This document shows, piece after piece, positions 19,150 through 26,005 of a stretch of DNA of 64,000 nucleotides. Location: contig OY759353.1 in the NCBI GenBank assembly GCA_963662315.1, positions 4,480,001 to 4,544,000 on the forward strand, in the 5' to 3' direction. The stretch is from Geopsychrobacteraceae bacterium (lineage in GTDB: Bacteria; Desulfobacterota; Desulfuromonadia; Desulfuromonadales; Geopsychrobacteraceae). Position numbers and translations under genes: made by a program. The notes beneath the pieces are model-generated. The model searched no databases, had not been told where the DNA came from, and worked only from the letters and a program-made list of their open reading frames with translations. Every line of letters starts with the position of its first letter. Position 1 is the first letter of the stretch.

Positions 19150-19963
19150 GATCGATTCCTTTGTCGGTATAGAGTAATAAAATATCGTGAATAGCCTGAT
19201 TCCAACCCCGTGGGCCCGGAAGCTTGGCATGGAGGATTTTGCCTCTGCGGGGTTTTGGTGCAACGCTGCTTTGGGACGGAATGACAACGGCAAGATCGCA
19301 GGCTTCCATCATGGCCTGATCGTTGGGGCCATCGCCAAGGGCGACGCTGAACCAGCGCTGCTTTGGGCGTTGCTGGCGAAAGTATCTGGTCAGCCAGTGG
19401 ACTGCGGTTCCTTTGTCGGCTTGTGCATCGAGGATATGATAGAAGCGGCCACCGCGGAGTAATTGTAGTTTGTATGAGGCAAGGTCATGACGAAAACGTT
19501 CGAGAGCTTCGGAGGTGTCGCTCCAGCGGATCGGTTCGCTGAACAGGCGGTCTTTGGCTGCAGTTGCAGAGTCATGGTCAAGTCCTGTTTCGGCCATGAC
19601 GTCGGCTGTAGAAAAATCACTGAAGCCAGAAAAGCGATAGCTCTTTTTGTTACGGAGCTGGTGCACCAGCTGAGTCAGTTCCTGGTAGGGCCTGCCAAAA
19701 AAATGAGCAGTTTGCCGTTCCCCTGGACCTTCTGGCGGAAAGATAATACCTGCCCCGTTCTCGACAATGTAGGGGGTTGTCAGCTGTAACGCGTGGTGCA
19801 GTTCTTTGACTTCAGCTGCCGTTTTGCTGGTACAGATAATAACCGGAATATCAAGCTCTTTGAGCTTAAACAGGGAGGGTTGAGCCGGAGCCCAGCTATA
19901 GGTGTGATGATCAAGTAGGGTTCCGTCCAGATCGGTGAAGATAATCGGTTGGTGTCTGTCCAT
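19142..19963 (-). CDS. gpgP: Glucosyl/mannosyl-3-phosphoglycerate phosphatase (HAD-IIB)
   Basis: FTDLDGTLLDH, TSKT..E, IVENG, R.FSEP, GGRFYH, DKG, ALGDGPND; start MDRHQP after GGAG. Confidence 0.9.
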   Translation of the reverse strand: MDRHQPIIFTDLDGTLLDHHTYSWAPAQPSLFKLKELDIPVIICTSKTAAEVKELHHALQLTTPYIVENGAGIIFPPEGPGERQTAHFFGRPYQELTQLVHQLRNKKSYRFSGFSDFSTADVMAETGLDHDSATAAKDRLFSEPIRWSDTSEALERFRHDLASYKLQLLRGGRFYHILDAQADKGTAVHWLTRYFRQQRPKQRWFSVALGDGPNDQAMMEACDLAVVIPSQSSVAPKPRRGKILHAKLPGPRGWNQAIHDILLLYTDKGIDHG

Positions 19964-19998
19964 TGGCCGTCTCCGTCGTTGGATGCGAACTAACAACC

Positions 19999-20014
19999 TG
20001 CAAGGCGGGTGCCA
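19999..20014 (-). promoter_or_regulatory. Sigma54 promoter of gpgP-gpgS
   Basis: TGGCACCCGCCTTGCA, a perfect consensus 35 bp before the ATG. Confidence 0.85.
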
Positions 20015-20045
20015 GTACCGGACGGAGTGTGATGGGCAGAGGTTT

Positions 20046-20075
20046 GTCAGGGGCGTATCACCATACGCCCCTGAC
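20046..20075. terminator. 13-bp hairpin after cysG
   Basis: GTCAGGGGCGTAT-CACC-ATACGCCCCTGAC; no clear U-tract. Confidence 0.55.
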
Positions 20076-20092
20076 TGAGACTTGGGGACTGA

Positions 20093-21376
20093 CTACTGCG
20101 CCATTTTATAAAAGAATTCCTCTGGTTGGCAGAGCACCTGGTGCAGATTGACAACATCGCCAAAGACCAGGATGGCCGGACGCTCTGCCAGAGGAGCTGT
20201 CGCAGGCAGATGCTCCAGATCGGTAATCAAGACCTGCTGGTTCGGGCGTGAAGCGTTGGCGATTATGGCCACTGGCAGATTTTTAGCTACGCCCTGGCTG
20301 ATGGCCATTTCACTGATCTCGCTGGCGAAACTCAGGCCCATCAGGACAACCGTAGTGTGATGGGGAATTTTGAGCATGGGAAACCAGTCAGCGTTGATGC
20401 GACTGCCAGCAAGATGGGCCGAGACGACTGACAGGTTGGTTGCATAGCCACGGGCTGTCGGTGGAATCCCTGCACAGGCCGGGCCGGCCAGGGCCGAGCT
20501 GATACCACTGACAACGTCTACCCTGATCCCACGCCTGATCAGGTATTCGGCTTCCTCGGAACCACGCCCGAAAATGTAGGGGTCGCCGCATTTCAAACGC
20601 GCAACATTCAGCCCCTGCAGTGCCTTTTGGTAGATCAGTTCGTTAATTTCTTCCTGTTTGAAGCTATGGCAACCCTTCTGTTTGCCGACGGCAATCTTTT
20701 CGGTATGCTCAGGAATCAGAGCCATGATTTCCGGTGTCAGTAGATGATCGTAAAGGACGACATCCTGCTGCTGGATCAGCCGGTAAGCTTTCATGGTGAG
20801 CAGATCCGGATCCCCAGGGCCACAGCCGATCAGTGCAACCTGGGCTAGCACGCGATTGCTTTTGGTCAGAGTGTTTTGGGAGTCAATAATACCGGAAGCT
20901 CGGTCCTGTTTGCTGCTGGCGACCAGCCCTTCGAGTTGGGGCGGGATGATCTTCGCAATTTTGTCTCTGACCTGGCGGCTGATGGTCGGGCTGGCACCAT
21001 CGGTTGATACCGCGACTTTCAGGTGGCCGTGTTTTAACAGGGCCGGAAAGTGAAAGTCACTGACGGTTTGGTCGGCGCAACAATTCAGCATAAAGTGATG
21101 GCTCTGTTTGGCTTCCAGCAGTTGCCGGGTCAGTTCCTGGTTGCCGCTCGCATCCACGACCAGTGTAGTATTGAGCAGATCGCCCGGTTGAAAAGGACGT
21201 TCAGAAAAGGCAATATCCAGTTGTTTCAGCTCGCTGCAGATTTCTGTAGCAACGAGACGGAAGCTGATGCCGTTTCTCAGCAGATTTCTGGCCTTCAGCA
21301 GTGCAGTTTGTCCGCCACCGATAAGCAGTACCCCAGGGTTTGTCAGCACGATAGGCAGAGTTACAGACGTTTTCAT
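20093..21376 (-). CDS. cysG: Siroheme-synthase-like fusion: precorrin-2 dehydrogenase/chelatase + uroporphyrinogen-III methyltransferase
   Basis: LIGGGQTA, DFHFPA, AVSTDGASP; then IGCGPGDPDLLT, RLKCGDPYIFGRGSEE. Confidence 0.9.
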   Translation of the reverse strand: MKTSVTLPIVLTNPGVLLIGGGQTALLKARNLLRNGISFRLVATEICSELKQLDIAFSERPFQPGDLLNTTLVVDASGNQELTRQLLEAKQSHHFMLNCCADQTVSDFHFPALLKHGHLKVAVSTDGASPTISRQVRDKIAKIIPPQLEGLVASSKQDRASGIIDSQNTLTKSNRVLAQVALIGCGPGDPDLLTMKAYRLIQQQDVVLYDHLLTPEIMALIPEHTEKIAVGKQKGCHSFKQEEINELIYQKALQGLNVARLKCGDPYIFGRGSEEAEYLIRRGIRVDVVSGISSALAGPACAGIPPTARGYATNLSVVSAHLAGSRINADWFPMLKIPHHTTVVLMGLSFASEISEMAISQGVAKNLPVAIIANASRPNQQVLITDLEHLPATAPLAERPAILVFGDVVNLHQVLCQPEEFFYKMAQ

Positions 21377-21451
21377 CTTTTGATCCCGGTATTAAAAGTG
21401 TTGCGCAGAAAAAACTTAAGCGGATTGGAAAGGGGCTGAACAACAGTGTAC

Positions 21452-21489
21452 AAAAAAAACCGAAACCCATAATAATGCTGGTTTCGGTT
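21452..21489 (-). terminator. Riboswitch-controlled terminator upstream of cysG
   Basis: CCGAAACC...GGTTTCGG followed by T8. Confidence 0.8.
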
Positions 21490-21544
21490 ACCCATTGATG
21501 CCGATTCCTGTATCCCGCCGCATGGTCCCCTGCGGACAGAAAAT

Positions 21545-21710
21545 TTACTGGGTAGCAGGTATTCTGACTTCCGGTTCAGCCGCAGACGACGCCTTCCCGA
21601 AATAGATATCAGTGGCGATTGTCGTCTTTGTCCCCGGTTACAGCGGTGGGTCCGTTTCCGATTCTCACGGAATTCCCTACTTCATTTCGCTAATGAAGCT
21701 GTCCCAGTAA
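21545..21710 (-). ncRNA. Cobalamin riboswitch (long, class I/AdoCbl-type)
   Basis: AGGGAA, CCCACCGCTGTAA, GCCACTG..GGGAAGG extension, B12 box AAGTCAGAATACCTGC; P1 TTACTGGG/CCCAGTAA. Confidence 0.95.
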
Positions 21711-21890
21711 TCTTGATTGTGACCACTGTATACGCCGAGTGCAGGCTTGAAGTCAAATGAATTATTTTGATGAATTCTTTTATAATTCAACAGGTTGTCA
21801 GTGCTTCCGTAGGTCGGGTGGTGAATGCGTCCGGTCAGACCGCAAAAACGACCTGTCATTCAGAAATCAAATCTACGGGGAAAAAATATC

Positions 21891-21919
21891 TTGCAGCGAA
21901 AATGGTTTTGGCTTTTAAT
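21891..21919 (+). promoter_or_regulatory. Probable sigma70 promoter of the cob operon
   Basis: TTGCAG-N17-TTTAAT upstream of the riboswitch. Confidence 0.45.
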
Positions 21920-21954
21920 CGGGCCACTTTTTCCCTCCCTGGCAGGTTGTCAAT

Positions 21955-22076
21955 GGTGGGGAAAAGGTATTTATCACTTTGAGATCGGCAAGAGCAACAA
22001 GGAAGACGGTGTAAATCCGTCACGGACCCGCCACTGTAACCAGGTACTGCCTGGGAGTCAGATACTTGTTCCCACT
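21955..22076 (+). ncRNA. Cobalamin riboswitch (short, lacks the peripheral extension)
   Basis: AAGGAA-GACGGTGTAAATCCGTC-ACGGACCCGCCACTGTAA-CCAGG..CCTGG-GAGTCAGATACTTG. Confidence 0.9.
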
Positions 22077-22145
22077 TCGCCTTTATTAGCCTGAACTTCG
22101 TGGACTGAGCTCGCAGGTTAACCAAAATGCTACTGGATTAAAAAC

Positions 22146-22185
22146 GGAATCCCGGTGCCTTTTGAAGGCACCGGGATTCCTATTT
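22146..22185 (+). terminator. Riboswitch-controlled terminator upstream of cobU
   Basis: GGAATCCCGGTGCC...GGCACCGGGATTCC-TATTT. Confidence 0.75.
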
Positions 22186-22223
22186 GGTACTGCAAGGAAG
22201 GTCCCGCATATGGGGAATTTAAA

Positions 22224-22787
22224 TTGTCCGTTGACGACACGCAACCACAAAAACAGCGCCTGATCTACATAAGCGGCGGATGCCGCAGTGGCAAAAGTGC
22301 CTATGCGCAAAAGTTGGCTGAAAGTCTGCCTGGGCGCCGTGCCTATCTGGCCACATGCCCGCACATCGATAAGGAAATGGATACCCGCATCTCCCGACAT
22401 CAACAGGAACGGGCTGGGCGCGGTTGGGAGACCATCGAAGAACCGCTGGCGCTGGATCATGCTTTACTGAAAGTGCTTGATGTCGATGTGATTCTCATCG
22501 ATTGCCTGACCCTCTGGGTCAATAACCTGCTCTATGTCGCTGAACAACAGCAGCAGGAACTTACCGAAGCAGACATCGAACCTCAGTGTCAGAATTTTCT
22601 AAATGCTTGTCGCCAGGGGCTGCGCACCATCATCGTCGTCAGTAATGAGGTTGGGATGGGGCTGGTTCCGGAAGATCCCTTATCCCGTCGTTATCGCGAT
22701 CTGATCGGGCGTTGCAATCAGCTGGTTGCACGTGCCGCTGACGAAGCAATCTTTATGGTTTCCGGTTTGCCCCTGCGCTTTAAATGA
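22224..22787 (+). CDS. cobU: Adenosylcobinamide kinase/phosphate guanylyltransferase
   Basis: GGCRSGKS, YLAT, W.TIEEP, DCLTLW, SNEVGMG; TTG start chosen downstream of the terminator. Confidence 0.93.
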   Translation: MSVDDTQPQKQRLIYISGGCRSGKSAYAQKLAESLPGRRAYLATCPHIDKEMDTRISRHQQERAGRGWETIEEPLALDHALLKVLDVDVILIDCLTLWVNNLLYVAEQQQQELTEADIEPQCQNFLNACRQGLRTIIVVSNEVGMGLVPEDPLSRRYRDLIGRCNQLVARAADEAIFMVSGLPLRFK

Positions 22788-22823
22788 GCAGCACCAGGCC
22801 CCCCTTCTTTTTCGGAGCAAATT

Positions 22824-23882
22824 ATGAAGTTTCTGCAACAAACAATCGCATCTATCCCGGCACCTGATCTGCAGATCAGGGCTCAGGCTCTTGCCCGCCT
22901 GGAGCAGCTGATTATGCCGCATTGGGCTCTCGGCCGCCTGATGGATCTGGCCCTTGATCTGGCCGGTATCTATGCTTCAATGAAACCCTCTGTCGCACGC
23001 AAACTTATTGTGGTTATGTGTGGTGACCATGGTGTTGCGGCTGCCGGAGTGAGCCGCTTTGACCCGGAAGTGACCGTACAGATGGTTCAGAGTTATTTCG
23101 CCGGAGTTGCCGGGTGTAACATCATGGCGCGTCAGGCCGGAGCCAAGGTTGCCGTTGTTGATATGGGAATTGCCGGTCAGCTCAATGATGCGGCAAGCGG
23201 CTTGATCATCAACCGTAAAATCGCTCGCGGGACCAATAATTTTCTCGAAGGCCCGGCGATGTCCCGGGAGCAGGCGGTGGCGGCCCTTAATGCCGGAATA
23301 GAGGTTGCGACGGCTTTTGCCCCGGAAACGGATCTGTTTGGCACGGCGGAAATGGGTATTGGCAACACGACGGCAAGCAGTGCCATCGTCGCGGCATTAT
23401 GCGGTATTTCTCCGGTTGAAGCCACCGGACGCGGTACCGGGCTCGATGACGAACAGCTGAAAAACAAGGTTGCTGTTGTCGAGCGGGCATTGGTTGTCAA
23501 TCAGCCCGATCCGTCTGATCCTGTCGATGTTTTGAGTAAGGTCGGTGGGTTCGAGATCGCAGGGATTGCTGGACAGATCATCGGGGCGGCCGCAATGGGC
23601 AAGCCTACCGTGATAGATGGCTTTATCTCCACTGCGGCAGCGCTGGTGGCCGGAAAGCTGGCCCCTGCAGCTATAGATTACATGATTCCCTCGCACCGGA
23701 GTGTCGAGCGAGGTCATGTCGCGGCCCTGGCCGGTTTAGGTAAAGAGCCGTTCCTGGACCTTAATTTTCGCCTTGGCGAAGGAACCGGTGCGGCGATGAC
23801 CATGAATCTGGTGGAAGGTGCTATCGCGATTCTGACCGAGATGGCGACCTTTGAAGAGGCCGCAGTCAGTGGTAAAAAGTGA
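22824..23882 (+). CDS. cobT: Nicotinate-nucleotide:base phosphoribosyltransferase (copy 1)
   Basis: LGRL, GDHGV, EMGIGNTT, GRGTG, GGFEIAG, DGFIS, RLGEGTGA, MATFEEA. Confidence 0.95.
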   Translation: MKFLQQTIASIPAPDLQIRAQALARLEQLIMPHWALGRLMDLALDLAGIYASMKPSVARKLIVVMCGDHGVAAAGVSRFDPEVTVQMVQSYFAGVAGCNIMARQAGAKVAVVDMGIAGQLNDAASGLIINRKIARGTNNFLEGPAMSREQAVAALNAGIEVATAFAPETDLFGTAEMGIGNTTASSAIVAALCGISPVEATGRGTGLDDEQLKNKVAVVERALVVNQPDPSDPVDVLSKVGGFEIAGIAGQIIGAAAMGKPTVIDGFISTAAALVAGKLAPAAIDYMIPSHRSVERGHVAALAGLGKEPFLDLNFRLGEGTGAAMTMNLVEGAIAILTEMATFEEAAVSGKK

Positions 23883-24085
23883 GTGTGTAGCCATCCTGAG
23901 ACAGCGGATGGCCGCACGTAGGTTTTCAAAGGGCTCGTTGCCAATTTGAACACAAAGAATTCCCTCTCTCAGGGGAAGGGCCGGATAGCTGGGAATGTGG
24001 TGGAGAAAGCCGGCTATCCGGCCTGCGTTTGTTGTCGGGTAAACGAACTGATAGTTCCAGATTGATTATGCCAGGGAGGTTTTTT

Positions 24086-25147
24086 GTGACCATTTTAGAA
24101 AAGACTATTGCCAACATCACCGGCCAGGATCATGCCGTACGGGCCAAGGCGAAAGAGCGCCTGGACCAGTTGATTATGCCACACTGGGCGCTTGGACGCT
24201 TACTTGACCTGGCTCTCGATCTGGCCGGTATGACAGGGACCACGACGCCTGCGGTGAGCCGGCGCAAAATTGTCACCATGGCGGGTGATCATGGTATTGC
24301 CCGCAGTGGTGTCAGCCTCTTCCCCCAGGAAGTTACGCTGCAGATGGCTCAGGGGGTTATTGCCGGAGTGGCCGGTGTCAACGTTCTGGCAAGGCAATCA
24401 AAGACTGATGTGGTTCTGGTCGATATGGGGATTGCGGCTGAGCTGGATGAAAAAACTGCCGCTGCCGTCATCAATTGTAAAATCGCCCATGGTACCAATA
24501 ACTTTGCCGAAGGTCCGGCGATGACCCGCGATCAGGCGGTTAAGGCGCTGGAAGCAGGTATCGAAGTTGCTTTTGAGCTGGCTGATGAGACCGATGTGTT
24601 TGGTACCGGTGAACTGGGGATCGCTAATACCACCCCGAGCAGTGCCATTGTCGCGACCCTCTGTGGCATTCCGGTTGCCGATGCTGTTGGTCGCGGCACC
24701 GGTCTGGATGATAGCCAGCTGCAATACAAAGTCAGAGTGATCGAGGATGCTCTTGCTTTAAACCAGCCGGATGCCAATGATCCTCTGGATGTGCTGGCCA
24801 AAGTCGGCGGTTTTGAAATTGCCGGGCTTGCCGGATTGATCCTGGGGGCCGCTCTTCTGAGAAAGCCTGTTGTGGTTGATGGCTTTATCTCCACGGCAGC
24901 AGCACTGGTGGCGGCTAAATTGGCCCCAGCCTGCTGTGATTTCATGATCAGTGCTCATCGCAGTGTCGAAAAAGGGCAGGTTGCTGCGTTGCGGGTCCTG
25001 GGCAAAGAACCGTTCCTCGATTTGAACTTCCGCCTTGGCGAAGGGACTGGTGCTGCGGTTGCCATGAACCTGGTTGAGGCAGCGGTCGCGCTGCTGACCG
25101 AAATGGCTACCTTTGAAGAAGCCGCAGTGAGTACCGCAGCTCGTTAA
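24086..25147 (+). CDS. cobT: Nicotinate-nucleotide:base phosphoribosyltransferase (copy 2)
   Basis: Same motifs (GELGIANTT); GTG start after GGAGG. Confidence 0.95.
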   Translation: MTILEKTIANITGQDHAVRAKAKERLDQLIMPHWALGRLLDLALDLAGMTGTTTPAVSRRKIVTMAGDHGIARSGVSLFPQEVTLQMAQGVIAGVAGVNVLARQSKTDVVLVDMGIAAELDEKTAAAVINCKIAHGTNNFAEGPAMTRDQAVKALEAGIEVAFELADETDVFGTGELGIANTTPSSAIVATLCGIPVADAVGRGTGLDDSQLQYKVRVIEDALALNQPDANDPLDVLAKVGGFEIAGLAGLILGAALLRKPVVVDGFISTAAALVAAKLAPACCDFMISAHRSVEKGQVAALRVLGKEPFLDLNFRLGEGTGAAVAMNLVEAAVALLTEMATFEEAAVSTAAR

Positions 25148-25186
25148 TGTTAATAAAGAGTCGTTTGTCTCCTCGTATGCTTCAGC

Positions 25187-25221
25187 TGTGAAATCTGAAG
25201 TTTCATATCTGAAATCGTAAA
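25187..25221. repeat. Degenerate 7-bp tandem repeat
   Basis: TGTGAAA TCTGAAG TTTCATA TCTGAAA TCGTAAA. Confidence 0.55.
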
Positions 25222-25237
25222 GCGAAGTTGAGCGCCC

Positions 25238-26005
25238 ATGAAATGTCTAGAGCCGTTATTTTCAGCCGTCCGTTTTCTGACCATTCTGCCGGTTCCTGAG
25301 AGGTGGTGTGGCGATGCGGAAAGTTTCCGAAAGAGTGCCGACTGGTATCCCCTCGTAGGTTTGCTAATCGGCCTATTGGCTGGCGTTTTCGACCTGTTAC
25401 TGTGCTGGCTGCTGCCCGTGTCGATTGCCAGTGCTATTGTTCTGACTGGCATGATTGTTGTGACCGGCGCTTTGCATATGGACGGCATGGCCGATAGCGC
25501 GGATGCCTTTTTCAGCAGCCGGAGTCGTGAACGGATGCTGGAGATTATGAAAGACAGTTGTGCCGGACCCATGGGGGTGGCGGCGTTGATTCTGCTGCTG
25601 CTGACCAAATGGACGTTGCTGGTTGCTCTGCCTGAAGCTTACCGTTTTGCCGTGATTGTGCTGATGCCCGTATGCGGACGCTGTGCTATCGCTTTTTTGA
25701 TTACCTGGCTCCCCTATGCCCGGCCTGAAGGTGGCACGGCGGCGTTTACCAAAGATAGCGGCGGCTCGCTTCGGGTGTTGATCGCCTGGCTGACGCTGGT
25801 GCTGTTACCTGTTTTAATGTTGGGCTGGCATCCGGGTTTATGGACAATTGTTGTGAGTGTTAGTTTGCTCTTGGGTGTAAAAGGATATTTCATGCGGAAG
25901 ATCGGAGGTTATACCGGGGACACTCTCGGGGCTGCCAGTGAGTTGCTTGAGCTGGCTCCGGCTCTGGTCACTGTAGCACTGGCTCATCTCGGAGTTTTGG
26001 CATGA
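25238..26005 (+). CDS. cobS: Cobalamin synthase
   Basis: FLTILP, TGALHMDGMADSADA, IMKDS..GPMG, GGYTGDTLGA. Confidence 0.95.
   Translation: MKCLEPLFSAVRFLTILPVPERWCGDAESFRKSADWYPLVGLLIGLLAGVFDLLLCWLLPVSIASAIVLTGMIVVTGALHMDGMADSADAFFSSRSRERMLEIMKDSCAGPMGVAALILLLLTKWTLLVALPEAYRFAVIVLMPVCGRCAIAFLITWLPYARPEGGTAAFTKDSGGSLRVLIAWLTLVLLPVLMLGWHPGLWTIVVSVSLLLGVKGYFMRKIGGYTGDTLGAASELLELAPALVTVALAHLGVLA

Noticed and set aside
22155..22223. Longer N-terminus of CobU from the ORF track
   Set aside because: It starts inside the riboswitch terminator; similar extensions for gpgS, gpgP, nikO, nikM and cobT2 were trimmed to SD-supported starts.
23883..24085. Third cobalamin riboswitch
   Set aside because: GGGAA words occur, but the GCCACTG/CTGTAA core and the B12 box are absent.
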